From assembly GCA_015063585.1 (NCBI GenBank), contig SVTW01000003.1:871-64870 (forward strand): 64,000 bases of DNA, given 5' to 3'. This DNA comes from Oscillospiraceae bacterium. Lineage in GTDB: Bacteria > Bacillota > Clostridia > Oscillospirales > CAG-272. The position numbers and the translations under genes were made by a program. Below, piece by piece: positions 41,358-52,636 of this stretch (its first letter is position 1; each line of letters begins with the position of its first letter). The notes beneath the pieces were generated by a model. That model was given only the letters and a program-made list of their open reading frames with translations. It was not told where the DNA came from and made no database searches.

Positions 41358-41978
41358 TTATTGATCTCCGTTTTGCGGAATATAGAACGTTTGCTCGGGT
41401 CCCGTGTCACGAATCAGCGTTTCGGGATCGCGGAACTTGAACAAAAGCAGCAAAATGATGTAGATATCGCCTGAGCAACCACCCAGATGCAAGCCGAATA
41501 AAACGGCTGTGAGCACGTAGCTCCACGGATCTACAAAATAGAACCAAACGGCGAGAGCAAGAAAGATGACCGTGAATACCACAAGCGGCGCGGCAGAGGC
41601 AATGAGTGAGATCCGCCTTTTTACGTAAATTTTCGGAACTCCGCAAAACGCGCAGCTCCAACTAATTCCAAAGGTCAGTTTTTCACCTGTGAGCACTTTA
41701 TAGGCAATTCCGTGTACCAACTCGTGGAGCACGATGTAGGCAAAGATCGCAACGCAAAAAATCATCATTGGAGTGATCATTTGCGCGTCACCAATGAAAG
41801 TATTACCGTTGAATCGACCCGTCAAAATCAAAGGCAGGAATGCAACTACCATTACCAATGCCAGAATGACCAACGCGATCAGATTCATAATCAGTCCAAC
41901 CTTAACCGATTGGGCATTCAAATAAAATACTTGACGATAGCCCTCAGGAAGGCTTTTTTCAAAATGTTTCGTTTTCAT
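41358..41978 (-). CDS. DUF3267 family membrane zinc metallopeptidase-like protein
   Basis: HELVHG (HExxH), AAPLV, GGCSGDIY and RDTG; several TMs. Confidence 0.8.
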   Translation of the reverse strand: MKTKHFEKSLPEGYRQVFYLNAQSVKVGLIMNLIALVILALVMVVAFLPLILTGRFNGNTFIGDAQMITPMMIFCVAIFAYIVLHELVHGIAYKVLTGEKLTFGISWSCAFCGVPKIYVKRRISLIASAAPLVVFTVIFLALAVWFYFVDPWSYVLTAVLFGLHLGGCSGDIYIILLLLFKFRDPETLIRDTGPEQTFYIPQNGDQ

Positions 41979-41994
41979 AGTCCTCTTTTTTTCT

Positions 41995-42642
41995 TTTTTG
42001 GGAATTATAAGGCTCAGCCATCGCCGGCTCTTTCATGGAAGGAGGCTGTGGGAAAATTTGCTTTATCGGCAGTGCCGGCAGGGTCTTGGCTAGCCTCGAC
42101 GGCAATTGGTAATATCTAAGCCCTGAGCCGACGCGCACTCCATCACACAATAAAAATTATTCGGGAAAGTTCTTGAAAGGTGTCGGAAAACTTCTTTCAA
42201 GAAGTTTTCTGACGAAAAAACGCATCTCCCGTGTTGCTCTCGGCACTCCAAAGCCGATTTTTCTTTGCAAGAAGGAGGCGCAAAGAAAAATCTATCAAAA
42301 AGAAACGCCGATCAGGGAATTTCGCGCTCTGCGGAGCGCGCCAAGGGCTACTCGCCCTTGACCTCGCAAGCTTTTGAAAAAGCTTGACCAAAACTTTTCC
42401 GAAAGGGACTCTCGCTTTTTCGCGAGTGCCGGCAGGGTCTTGGCGGCGCCTGACGGCAATCGGCAGTACCTAAGCCCTGAGCTGACGCGCACTCCATCAC
42501 ACTATCAAAATCGTTCGGGAAAGTTCTTGAAAGGTGTCGGAAAACTTCTTTCAAGAAGTTTTCTGACGAAAACCGCGCCCCCGCATTAATCGCGTCCCCG
42601 CGTCAAACGTGTCGGAAAACTTCTTTCAAGAAGTTTTCTGAC
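41995..42642 (-). repeat. Mosaic array R9 (A, A-C J D-A-C' J truncated F)
   Basis: Reverse junction cores at 42075 and 42429; extra A palindrome at about 42611-42642. Confidence 0.92.
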
Positions 42643-42652
42643 AAAAAATATT

Positions 42653-43753
42653 TTAATTATATCTTCCGTTTTCCACGCGAATCATTTTGCCGCCCGTGAT
42701 GCCGGAGGGCTCGCAGGTGGTGATGATCACCTGCCGATCGCGAATCTTTGACGAAAGATAAACGCGGCGGGTGGAATCAAGCTCGGAGAAAACGTCGTCA
42801 AACAGAAACACAGGTCGTTCTCCCGTGATCTCGGCGCAAACCTCACCCTCGGCAAGCTTCATGGCAAGCGCTAAGGAACGTTGCTGTCCTTGCGACGCAA
42901 AAGCACGCGCAGGACGCTCGTTTACGTCGATTTCAATATCATCCTTATGAATCCCCCAAAGCGTGCTCCCCGCGCCAATTTCGCGGTCGTAGTGCGACGT
43001 AAGAAGCTTTAAATAGCTCTCCTCGGCTTTCTTTGTGTCAAGATACTCCTCAGGGGCAAGATGCGAGGATCCGCTGTAACGCACGCTCGGCTTTTCTCGC
43101 TCCCCCGTCATCTCCTCAAAGCAAGCGCATACATGACGCTCGGCTCGCGCGAGATATTCGGTGCGGTATTTCGAGATCACAGCCGCTTCGTGCGCAAGCT
43201 GTACCGACCAAAATTCAATGGTATCCGAAAAGGTCTTTCGATCCTCCTCGGCATTTCGGATCAGTTGATTTCTCTGCTTTAAAATTTGATTGTATCGCTG
43301 CAGGCTTTTTAAATAGACAGGATAAAGCTGCGAGAGCGCAATATCAAGATAGTTTCGTCTCTCGCCCGGCCCCTCCTTGATCAAAGACAAATGCTCGGGA
43401 CAGAACAAAACGGTTCGAAACGCGCCTACTACGTCAGACAGCCGATCGATCTTTACGTGATTGTGTTCGATCCTGCGCCTTCTTCCCTTCATCATGCGGA
43501 CCGTGATGTTTTGCCGACGCACCGAATCGCTGAAATCAAGCGAGATCTCTGCCATGTCGGCTCCGAATCGGATCATTTCTTCTTCATGCGACGTGCGAAA
43601 GCTTTTTCCAATGGCTGTGAAGCTGATTGCCTCCAACAGGTTTGTTTTTCCTTGCGCGTTGTTTCCAATCAGAATATTCACCCCTCTGTCGAATTGGATC
43701 TCCGCTTCTTCGATGTTGCGAAAATTTTTTACTTTGATCGCATGACATTCCAT
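42653..43753 (-). CDS. recF: DNA replication and repair protein RecF
   Basis: NFRN, GNNAQGKTNLLEAI, KSFR, GIHKDD, SQGQQR and DDVFSELD. Confidence 0.96.
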   Translation of the reverse strand: MECHAIKVKNFRNIEEAEIQFDRGVNILIGNNAQGKTNLLEAISFTAIGKSFRTSHEEEMIRFGADMAEISLDFSDSVRRQNITVRMMKGRRRRIEHNHVKIDRLSDVVGAFRTVLFCPEHLSLIKEGPGERRNYLDIALSQLYPVYLKSLQRYNQILKQRNQLIRNAEEDRKTFSDTIEFWSVQLAHEAAVISKYRTEYLARAERHVCACFEEMTGEREKPSVRYSGSSHLAPEEYLDTKKAEESYLKLLTSHYDREIGAGSTLWGIHKDDIEIDVNERPARAFASQGQQRSLALAMKLAEGEVCAEITGERPVFLFDDVFSELDSTRRVYLSSKIRDRQVIITTCEPSGITGGKMIRVENGRYN

Positions 43754-43844
43754 TTGCGGACTCCTTTCTGTTTCGGTTAACCAACGGGAAATATTTTTGA
43801 TTGGGATACTTTTATTTTTTAATTTTAAAAGTTTTTTCAAATGT

Positions 43845-44426
43845 AAAGGCTTTGCTTTTTTTCAAAAAAGCAACTCTCATACGGCAAGCCAATGGCGATT
43901 TTAAGTAGATCCCTGCCTCAAACAACCCATAGTTGTTTTCGTTGGTTTTGCTCCGTTCGGCATGCCTCACCTACGCAAAACTTCGACTCGGGGCTTCGCC
44001 CCCTCGCTCAGGATGACTCGAAAAATGTAATTTTTTCTTTATCGGCAGTGCCGGCAGGGGTTGTTTATAACTCTGAATACAACCCCTTTTCTGGGTCATC
44101 CTGATGCGTGTAAAAGCGCAAGCGCTTTGGCGAAGGATCTTGAAACATTCTTTTAAAGGCTTTGCCTTTTTTAGAAAAGCTACTAGATTCTTCGCACGCT
44201 TGCGCGGCTCAGAATGACCCCGATAAAGAAAACGGTTTTGTATCGGCAGTGCCGGCAGGGTCTTGGTGGCGCCTGACGGCAATTGGCAATACCTGAGCCC
44301 TGAGACGATGGACACCCCATCACACCATAAAAATTGGTTCGGGAAAGTTCTTGAAAGGTGTCGGAAAACTTCTTTCAAGAAGTTTTCTGACAAAAACCGC
44401 GTCCCCCGCGTCCCCGCGGACGCGCG
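43845..44426 (-). repeat. Mosaic array R10 (A-C J E-L J M)
   Basis: Reverse junction cores at 44051 and 44252; sits where yaaA is normally found. Confidence 0.92.
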
Positions 44427-44430
44427 TTTT

Positions 44431-45582
44431 TTACTCTTTCATACGAACGGGGAGAAGCATGAAGATTTCTTCTTTTCCTTCTTCGGTGGAAACGGGCTCG
44501 ATGTTGATGCTGGTGAGGGCGGAGGTCATGGAGATCTTCACCTTTTCGGCATCGCTTGCGCGTAGACTGTCGATCAGGAAGCGGTTGTTGAACGCAATGA
44601 GCAGATCTTCACCCTCATGCTCGATGTCCACCTCGTCGTAGGTGCTTCCCATCGTGGAAACAGCCGAGATTTTGAGCAAGTTCTCCTCAAATTTCAGCTT
44701 TACGTGCGAACGAACGCTTCCCGCAACCTTTTCCTCGGTTACAAGTGCCGCTCTTTCAAGTGCCGCGATCATGGTCTCTCTGTCGGCAATTGCCGTGATG
44801 CGGTGCGTGTTTACAATAATGCGGTTGTAATCAATATACTGACCCTCGATCAGACGCGAGAAGAAGATCATCGATCCAATGTTAAATACAATGTTCTTTC
44901 TCGTCATGTAAATGCGGACCTCCTCACGCTCATCGTCACGCAACAGCTTGATCAGCTCAATCACCGTTTTGGTGGGAATGATAAACGAGAATTGCAGCGA
45001 GGAACCGTCCTCATTTTTATTTTGAATGTCGGTGTGAACCGAGCACTTTGCAAGCTTGAAGCTGTCGCAGGATACCATGAGCAGGTTGCCCTCGGTCACA
45101 CGGAAATAACAACCGTTGAGGACCGGTCGCTGGTCGTTGGACGCCATGGCGTATGTGATTTTGGAAAGCATGCTTTTGAGAACAGACTGCCCGATCACAA
45201 ATCCGTCCGACGTGACCAAACGCGGGATCGCAGGATAGGTCTCGCCTGCCAAAGCGTTCATTTTGTGGCTCGATTTGCCGCTCGTGATGCAAGCCTGAAG
45301 CTTGTCGTCAACCTCCAGCGTGATCTTTTCGCCTTCCATTACACGCAGCGTTTGCGTGAACTTTTGCGCGTTTACAATGAAGGTTCCCGCTTCCTCAACC
45401 TGTGCGTCAACCGTGATGCGCATACCCTTTTCACCGTCAAAGGTGGTCAAAACGCAGCTTCCGTTCTCCTGTGCGTCGATCAGAATACCGTCGATCGATG
45501 CCTGCGTGGATTTGCCCGATACCGCTCCCATCAGGGGCGCTACCGAATCGCTGATTTCTTTTCTGTTGAATATAATTTTCAT
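44431..45582 (-). CDS. dnaN: DNA polymerase III beta sliding clamp
   Basis: 383 aa; RPVLNG, SRLIEGQYIDY, IAFN.RFL.D and MLLPVR; downstream of dnaA. Confidence 0.96.
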   Translation of the reverse strand: MKIIFNRKEISDSVAPLMGAVSGKSTQASIDGILIDAQENGSCVLTTFDGEKGMRITVDAQVEEAGTFIVNAQKFTQTLRVMEGEKITLEVDDKLQACITSGKSSHKMNALAGETYPAIPRLVTSDGFVIGQSVLKSMLSKITYAMASNDQRPVLNGCYFRVTEGNLLMVSCDSFKLAKCSVHTDIQNKNEDGSSLQFSFIIPTKTVIELIKLLRDDEREEVRIYMTRKNIVFNIGSMIFFSRLIEGQYIDYNRIIVNTHRITAIADRETMIAALERAALVTEEKVAGSVRSHVKLKFEENLLKISAVSTMGSTYDEVDIEHEGEDLLIAFNNRFLIDSLRASDAEKVKISMTSALTSINIEPVSTEEGKEEIFMLLPVRMKE

Positions 45583-45654
45583 GTGTGGAATCTCCTTATA
45601 TCAAAATTGAAGGTCCCTTCCGCTCTCTCGCTTCCGCGAAGCGGTAGAAAGAAG

Positions 45655-46115
45655 GAAAGATAGATAGATTAAGTAGTCGTCGTAGAAGTAGGGTTTGGGG
45701 ATTGCGTGGAAAACCCCGAAAACCCTTATGCCATAAGGCTTTTCCCGCTCCTTGACTTTTGAAAACAAGGTGGAAAAAACAAGGAAAAGCTGTGGACAAA
45801 ATGTGGAAAACTTTTTCTCCCTTCGCTCTTTTTCATCCAAAAAGCGTTTTGGAACGGCAAAAGACCGAAAATTGGATTTTTCCACATGCCGAAAAAAATA
45901 TTTGAAATGTGGAAAACGTGAAACAAAACGACATTTTAGGAAGGATCGGTCCGTTTTTCCACAGACCGTATTTTTCACTTTCCCACAAGCATTTTTGATG
46001 CCATGCTTATGATTTTGATGCGGTTTTGCGACGTTATCAACAGGTTTTCAAGAGTTTTCCCCTGTGTTTTCCACAGGTGTGGAAAACCTTGTGGAAAACT
46101 TTGAATTTATCCACA
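45655..46115. promoter_or_regulatory. Replication origin oriC: DnaA-box cluster plus DnaA-trio unwinding element
   Basis: Perfect TTATCCACA at 46107-46115 and about 10 near-consensus boxes (e.g. 45791, 45802, 45878, 45908, 45955, 46034, 46067, 46078, 46090). Trio-like AAG TAG TCG TCG TAG AAG TAG at 45671-45691 lies next to a G-rich tract and a box at 45705. Confidence 0.9.
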
Positions 46116-46129
46116 ACCCGTTTTTTTCG

Positions 46130-47497
46130 TTAACCCATGATCTCTTTTTTCAGCTCGTTCATTTCCACGGCAAATACCGAATCAAACTGCGCTTTTTGAG
46201 AGGTTGAGTTGTAGGATGCCATGATCGTGGTGTGATCGCGGTCGTAGATCTTTGCAATGTTCGGGAAGGACATTTCGGTCAATTCACGGATCAGATAGAT
46301 CGAAACGTGACGCGCCGCCGCGATCTCCTTGTTTCTCTTGGGGCCGATCATATCCTCTTTCGAAATTTTATACTTATGGAAAACAGCCGAGAAAATCTTA
46401 TCCACCGTGATGCTCACGGGCTCGGCTCCCTCCAGCAGCTCGGAAATGCACTCGCGCGCAACGTCCATCGTGATCACCTTGCCCGAGATAAAGGTAAGAG
46501 CCGCAAGCTTTTTGATCGCGCCCTCGATCTGTCGGATATTCGAGCGCAGGTTCTCGCCCAAAAACGTCAGCACGTCGTCGGGGATCACCACGCTCACCTG
46601 CTCGGCTTTCTTTTTGATGATCGCAATGCGAAGCTCCAGATCGGGCGGCTCAATGTCGGCGATCAGTCCCCACTCGAAGCGCGATTTGAGACGGTCCTCC
46701 AGCGTTTTGATGTCACGCGGCGGACGGTCGGAGGTGAGAATGATCTGCTTCTTTTCCTCATACAGCGCGTTGAAGGTGTGGAAAAATTCCTCCTGCGTGG
46801 AGATCTTACCCGCGATAAACTGAATATCGTCGATCAGAAGAACGTCGCAGGTGCGGTATTTGTCGCGAAAATCCTCCATTGTTTTGGTGGCAAGGCAGGA
46901 GATCATCTGGTTGGTGAAATCCTCACCCTTTGTGTAAATGATCTTGATATCGGGGTTGTTTTGCTTGAGACGGTTGATCATTGCGTAGAGCAGGTGCGTT
47001 TTTCCAAGGCCGCTGTTTCCGTAAATAAAGAGCGGGTTGTAATTGTTTGCCGGGTCGTTTGCCACTGCAACGCACGCCGCGTGCGCAAATTTGTTTGTGC
47101 TGCCAACGATGAAATTTTCAAATGTGTATTCAAAATTGTAGTTGGGCAGGCTCTTTTTGAGCGCCTCGTTTTTCTTTGGTTCGGAGACCCTTTGCGGTGT
47201 TGAGGTTCGGATACCGTCGGACGCCAACGCTTTCCCTGTGAAAATCAGATTCACCTCAACCGTGAATCCGAGCAGGTTGCAAAAAGCCTCACGGATCGAA
47301 TCCATATAGCGGTTATGAATGATATCATATTTAAATTCCGAGTTGATCCCCAGCGTAATGGTGTCCTCTTGATAGGAAATGATCTCGATGTTTCCAAACC
47401 AAAGGTCAATTGTAGACTCCGAGAGCTTTTCGCGGAAGGAATTCACCACCATTTCCCAAACGGGGCGAATTTCCTCGATGTAATTACGTTCTGCCAA
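46130..47497 (-). CDS. dnaA: Chromosomal replication initiator DnaA
   Basis: YTFENF, YNPLFIYG.SGLGKTHL, LLIDDIQF, TQEEFFHTFN, RL.SRFEWGL and RDHTT. Confidence 0.98.
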   Translation of the reverse strand: MAERNYIEEIRPVWEMVVNSFREKLSESTIDLWFGNIEIISYQEDTITLGINSEFKYDIIHNRYMDSIREAFCNLLGFTVEVNLIFTGKALASDGIRTSTPQRVSEPKKNEALKKSLPNYNFEYTFENFIVGSTNKFAHAACVAVANDPANNYNPLFIYGNSGLGKTHLLYAMINRLKQNNPDIKIIYTKGEDFTNQMISCLATKTMEDFRDKYRTCDVLLIDDIQFIAGKISTQEEFFHTFNALYEEKKQIILTSDRPPRDIKTLEDRLKSRFEWGLIADIEPPDLELRIAIIKKKAEQVSVVIPDDVLTFLGENLRSNIRQIEGAIKKLAALTFISGKVITMDVARECISELLEGAEPVSITVDKIFSAVFHKYKISKEDMIGPKRNKEIAAARHVSIYLIRELTEMSFPNIAKIYDRDHTTIMASYNSTSQKAQFDSVFAVEMNELKKEIMG

Positions 47498-47683
47498 CGG
47501 CTTGACTCCTTTCTTTTGCTTCTTCCTGACTTTTATTATCTATAAATTCTTAAATATTAAATTACGCGCATGCGTTTATAATATATATTAATATTATAAC
47601 ATATAATTACCTATATTACAATGATAATATTATAATTTAAAAAAAGTTTACAATTTTTTTCTGAAAAGGCGAAAAATATCCTA

Positions 47684-47711
47684 TTGACAGAATGAAAAAA
47701 AGGGGTATAAT
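47684..47711 (+). promoter_or_regulatory. Sigma-A promoter of copA
   Basis: TTGACA-16-TATAAT after a very AT-rich spacer. Confidence 0.65.
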
Positions 47712-47756
47712 GAAAGTTGGTTCGTTATGACTAACTCCCGAAAAAAGGAAAAAGGA

Positions 47757-50399
47757 ATGAAAAGACTACATTTTACATTACAAGGAATGAGCTGTGCGGC
47801 ATGTGTGGCACATGTGGAGCGCGCGGTCAGAAGCGTTGTGGGAGAGGATACCCCCTTTACGGTGTCGCTCCTGACCAACTCGCTCACGGTTCTGCCAAAT
47901 GAGGAGCTTTCGCAGGAGGAAGCCGATGCGCTTACCGAGCGTCTCGCGGCGGCAATACGCGCGGCGGGATATACGCTTTTAACCGAGGCTCCGACCGATG
48001 AGGGGCAGAATCGCGAATCCCGCGCGCGGCTGATCCGTTTGATCCTCTCGGCACTCTTTACGCTCGGCGTGATGTATCTCTCCATGGGCGGCATGATTGG
48101 GCTTCCGATCCCCTCCTTCCTCACGGGAGATGCGGGCGGACTTTTCATGGCACTCGCGCAATTGATCCTGACGCTGCCCGTAATCGTTTTGAATTTCAAA
48201 TTTTTCAAAAACGGATTTTCCTCCCTTCTGCACCGCACACCCAACATGGATTCGCTGATCGCGGTGGGATCGGGAGCCTCCTTGCTCTACGGTATTTTTG
48301 CGATTGTAATGATCGCACGTGCGGCGGGAAATGCCGAAATCATTCACACGTGGGTGCATGATCTCTATTTTGAGTCGGCGGCAATGATCCTCACGCTCGT
48401 CTCGCTCGGAAAGCTGCTGGAATCGCGCGCAAAGGACAAAGCCTCCGACGCGGTGCGCTCTCTTGCCCGTCTCTCTCCCAAATTCGCAACCCTTTTGCGG
48501 GACGGAAAAGAATGTTCGGTTCCGATCTCCGAGATCCGCGTTGGCGACCTGCTTCTGATCCGCGCGGGGGAGCTTATCGCGGTGGACGGTGAGGTGGTTT
48601 CGGGTACGGGATCGGCGGACGAATCGGCTCTCACGGGTGAGAGCATGCCTGTGGAAAAAGAGGTGGGGGCGCAGGTCCGCGCCGCCTGCGTGATGCTCAC
48701 GGGTGCCGTTACCGTGCGTGCCACGGGTGTGGGTGAGGACAGTTCCCTTGCCCGTATCATTCGCCTGCTGGAGGACGCCGCAGCATCCAAAGCCCCCATC
48801 GCGCGCATTGCCGACCGCGTGAGCGCCGTATTTGTTCCCTGCGTGATGGCAATTTCGGCTCTTACGCTGGTCGTTTGGCTGCTCCTGACGCAAAATGCCG
48901 AGCATGCCCTGCGCTCGGCGATCTCGGTTTTGGTTATTTCCTGCCCCTGTGCGCTCGGACTTGCGACACCGACTGCGATCACGGTGGGGATCGGACGCGC
49001 GGCACGAAGCGGAATTCTCTTTCGAAATGCCGAGTCGCTTGAAAAGCTCTGCTCGGTCAAAACCGTTGTGTTTGATAAAACGGGTACGCTGACCGAGGGC
49101 AAGCCTGCCGTGACCGCGCTGATCTCCTATCGGGAACCGGCACATCGCGTGCTCTCTTGCGCCGCCGCTGTGGAACGTCTTTCCTCGCATCCGCTGGCAC
49201 CTGCCGTGAGCGCGGCGGCAGGATCGATCCTGTGCGAGCGAGGCGCCGATTGTCAGCCCCTTGCGGTAAGCGATTTTGAAGCGCTTGTAGGCTATGGAGC
49301 GGTTGGAACGGTGGAAGGTGTGCGCTGTTACGTTGGCAAGCCCGACGCGGCTTTTCTCGCCTCTGTGCGCGCCTCCGTGCCGACCGATCCCGCGCTTTTG
49401 CGTGAGGGTATGTGCGAAAAAGACGACACGTCCTCGCTCTTTTCGGATTTTGCGGCTTTGGAATCGCTCGGAAAGACGGTTGTAATTGTAAAATTTGATA
49501 CCGCGGTGGTTGGTCTGATTGCCATTGCCGACCAGATCCGAACCGACTCACGCGAGGCGATCGCGCTTCTGCATGAGCAGGATATCAAGGCGCTGATGCT
49601 GACGGGCGATAACGAACGCACTGCCGAGGCAATTGCGGCAGACGCCGCTCTCGACGGCTTTTACGCGGGTCTTTTGCCCGAGGACAAGGAACGTATGGTG
49701 TATCAGCTCTCCAAGCAGGCTCCCTGCGCGATGGTGGGAGACGGAATCAACGATTCTCCTGCCCTTGTGCGTGCCGACGTTGGCATTGCGATCGGAACGG
49801 GTACCGAAACCGCCATCGATTCCGCCGACGTGGTGCTCTCGCGCCCCTCTCTGCTCGGCGTGGCTGAGGCTTTCGGCATCAGCCGCGTCACGATCCGCGT
49901 CATTCGCCAAAATTTGTTCTGGGCGCTTTTCTACAACGCCGTTTGTATTCCCGTTGCGGCGGGTCTGTTTTATCCTCTTCTTGGCTGGCAGCTCAGCCCG
50001 ATGCTGGCATCGGCGGCAATGAGCTGTTCCTCGGTGTTTGTCGTCCTCAACGCTCTGCGCCTGAAAACGATGAATCTGAATACAAAAAAACACGCACGGG
50101 TTGAAAATTCCCGTGCGTCAAGCATAAAAAAGAATGAAAATCATGAAAATATGGATCATAAAGGAGAACAAGAAGACATGCTGTTTCATACCGAAAAGAC
50201 CTACGTCCTCCACGTGGAGGGAATGATGTGCCCGCGTTGCGTGGCGCACGTGAAAACCGCTTTGGAAGGCGTCAAGGGCGTCAAGCGCGCCGACGTTGAC
50301 CTCGATTCCAAAACCGCTACCGTGGTTGCCACCCTAAAGGACGACTCCGCCCTGTGTAAGGCGGTTGTCGACGCGGGCTATGAGGTTGTAAAGGAATAA
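47757..50399 (+). CDS. copA: Cu(I)-translocating P1B-type ATPase with N- and C-terminal HMA domains
   Basis: GMSCAAC, TGES, CPCALGLATP, DKTGT, HP, GDGIND, FYN, AAMSCSS and C-terminal GMMCPRC. Confidence 0.92.
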   Translation: MKRLHFTLQGMSCAACVAHVERAVRSVVGEDTPFTVSLLTNSLTVLPNEELSQEEADALTERLAAAIRAAGYTLLTEAPTDEGQNRESRARLIRLILSALFTLGVMYLSMGGMIGLPIPSFLTGDAGGLFMALAQLILTLPVIVLNFKFFKNGFSSLLHRTPNMDSLIAVGSGASLLYGIFAIVMIARAAGNAEIIHTWVHDLYFESAAMILTLVSLGKLLESRAKDKASDAVRSLARLSPKFATLLRDGKECSVPISEIRVGDLLLIRAGELIAVDGEVVSGTGSADESALTGESMPVEKEVGAQVRAACVMLTGAVTVRATGVGEDSSLARIIRLLEDAAASKAPIARIADRVSAVFVPCVMAISALTLVVWLLLTQNAEHALRSAISVLVISCPCALGLATPTAITVGIGRAARSGILFRNAESLEKLCSVKTVVFDKTGTLTEGKPAVTALISYREPAHRVLSCAAAVERLSSHPLAPAVSAAAGSILCERGADCQPLAVSDFEALVGYGAVGTVEGVRCYVGKPDAAFLASVRASVPTDPALLREGMCEKDDTSSLFSDFAALESLGKTVVIVKFDTAVVGLIAIADQIRTDSREAIALLHEQDIKALMLTGDNERTAEAIAADAALDGFYAGLLPEDKERMVYQLSKQAPCAMVGDGINDSPALVRADVGIAIGTGTETAIDSADVVLSRPSLLGVAEAFGISRVTIRVIRQNLFWALFYNAVCIPVAAGLFYPLLGWQLSPMLASAAMSCSSVFVVLNALRLKTMNLNTKKHARVENSRASSIKKNENHENMDHKGEQEDMLFHTEKTYVLHVEGMMCPRCVAHVKTALEGVKGVKRADVDLDSKTATVVATLKDDSALCKAVVDAGYEVVKE

Positions 50400-50429
50400 T
50401 AGTTGGTTTTTTTCTGACATTTTGTTATA

Positions 50430-50836
50430 CGGGGGGACTTTGCAAAAGTCCCCCCGTATTCATTCGCTCTCATGTTGCTCTCGGCTCTCCACAGCCGATT
50501 TTTCTTTGCAGGAAGGAGGCGCAAAGAAAAATCTATCAAAAAGAAACGCCGATCAGGGAGTTTCGCGCTCTGCGGAGCGCGCCAATGGCTACTCGCCCTT
50601 GACCTCGCAAGCTTTTGAAAAAGCTTGACCAAAACTTTTCCAAAGGAGCTCTCGCTTTTTTTCGCGAGTGCCGGCAGGGTCTTGGTGGCGCCTGACGGCA
50701 ATCGGGAGCACCTAAGTCCTGAGCCGGTGGACACCCCATCACACCATAAAAATTGGTTCGGGAAAGTTCTTGAAAGGTGTCGGAAAACTTCTTTCAAGAA
50801 GTTTTCTGACGAAACCCGCGTCCCCACGTTTCCGCG
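50430..50836 (-). repeat. Mosaic array R11 (A-C J D, ending in K palindrome)
   Basis: Junction at about 50657-50683; lies between convergent genes. Confidence 0.92.
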
Positions 50837-50853
50837 TTTTTGCATATTTCTTT

Positions 50854-51804
50854 TTATTCCTCGAAGCAATGATAGGTTTCGAGGATATGTTTACCGATGT
50901 CGTAGAGAAGATCTACGGCTTTTTGTTTTAGGTGAAGCGGCGGATCGAGGAGGGAGGTAACGGTTTGATCGCCGTGCGTCCAGGGCTTGCGGTGGTAGGG
51001 AATATTGCGCGAATGCAGGAGCGTGTAAGAAGCTTCAAACGTAAAGAAGCCGTCGTAATTCACATCAAGCAGGGCTTGCATGATGGCATCGAAATTGATG
51101 ATCCCCGCAAACGGCCAGCTGTGGTGGTGGACGTCACCGAAATTATCCGAAATATGCAGACCCTTGAGTTTATCGCCGAGGTCTTTGATATGTTGGTACT
51201 GTCCCTCAAGCGGACGTCTTGTTACAATGTTGCTGTGCGCCGTATCCCAGCAGGCGGCGAGCAGAGGGTGGTTGACGTGATCCAAAAAACGCCGCATTTC
51301 GGCACCCGTTGTGAATTTTGTATTCGTGTTGTCCCAATTTTCGGTCATAACCGTGATGTTATATTTCTCCATGAGGTCAAAGAATTCGCGATAAAATTTT
51401 GTATTGTAGCGGTAAAAATCTGCCTCGGTAAAGGAGTCGTGCGGGCAGGCATGGACCACAATGCGGTCAATGCCGAGCAGGTGACAGATCTCAATGGATC
51501 GGCGGATCGCGCGGATATTGGTGCGATAGGTCTCGTCGTTTGGATTTTCAAACACCTGCAAGCAGGGATCGTGCAGACACGGCGCATGCGAAACGACAAA
51601 ACGCACGCCTGCCTGTGCCGCGGCGTTTCCCCATTCGTCTGCCAATCGACGCCAACCGTTGTCGTCCTCGGAGAAAAATTCGGGAATGCTACCCGATTGT
51701 TCCAAATTGATGTATCGAAATTTTGTACCCGCAAAATGCTTGATGCATTCGGTCATCGATTCTGCGTACAGAGACAAATCGCCCGTGGAGGTTACCAGCT
51801 TCAT
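50854..51804 (-). CDS. Sugar phosphate isomerase/epimerase (AP endonuclease-2 TIM barrel)
   Basis: HAP, VVHA, TEN, WDTAH, LHISDN, H..PF.G.I and TFE motifs. Confidence 0.87.
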   Translation of the reverse strand: MKLVTSTGDLSLYAESMTECIKHFAGTKFRYINLEQSGSIPEFFSEDDNGWRRLADEWGNAAAQAGVRFVVSHAPCLHDPCLQVFENPNDETYRTNIRAIRRSIEICHLLGIDRIVVHACPHDSFTEADFYRYNTKFYREFFDLMEKYNITVMTENWDNTNTKFTTGAEMRRFLDHVNHPLLAACWDTAHSNIVTRRPLEGQYQHIKDLGDKLKGLHISDNFGDVHHHSWPFAGIINFDAIMQALLDVNYDGFFTFEASYTLLHSRNIPYHRKPWTHGDQTVTSLLDPPLHLKQKAVDLLYDIGKHILETYHCFEE

Positions 51805-51827
51805 CTTTTTTCTCCTTTTTGACTTGT

Positions 51828-52626
51828 TTTGAGCCGCGCGAGCGTGCGAAGGATCTTGAAACATTCTTTTAAAGGCTTTGCCTTATTCAAAAAAGCAACT
51901 CTCATACGGCAAGCCAATGGCGATTTTAAGTAGATCCCTGCCTCAAACAACCTTTGGTTGTTTTCGTTGGTTTTGCTCCGTTCGGCATGCCTCACCTACG
52001 CAAAACTTCGACTCGGGGCTTCGCCCCTTCGCTCAGGATGACGCAGAAGGAAAATTACAAATACGCATACACGCGTGTTTTTCTTTATCGGTAGTGCCGG
52101 CAGGGTCTTGGAGGTGCCTGACGGCAATTGGCAATACCTGAGTCTTGAGCCGACGCGCACTCCATCACACTATAAAAATCGTTCGGGAAAGTTCTTGAAA
52201 GGTGTCGGAAAACTTCTTTCAAGAAGTTTTCTGACGAAAAACGCGTCTCCCGTGTTGCTTTCGGCATTCCACAGCCGATTTTTCTTTGCAGGAAGGAGGC
52301 GCAAAGAAAAATCTATCAAAAAGAAACGCCGATAAGGGAGTTTCGCGCTCTGCGGAGCGCGCCAAGGGCTACTCGCCCTTGACCTCGCAAGCTTTTGAAA
52401 AAGCTTGACCAAAACTTTTCCGAAAGGGGATCTCGCTTTTTCGCGAGTGCCGGCAGGGTCTTGGTGGCGCCTGACGGCAATTGGCAATATCTATGTCTTG
52501 AGCTGATAGACACCCCATCACACTATAAAAATTGGTTCGGGAAAGTTCTTGAAAGGTGTCGGAAAACTTCTTTCAAGAAGTTTTCTGACAAACCGCGTCC
52601 CCGCAAAACCCGCTCCCCCGCGTCCG
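51828..52626 (-). repeat. Mosaic array R12 (A-C J D-A-C J M-E)
   Basis: Reverse junction cores at 52097 and 52450. Confidence 0.92.
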
Positions 52627-52636
52627 TCGCGTCTTT

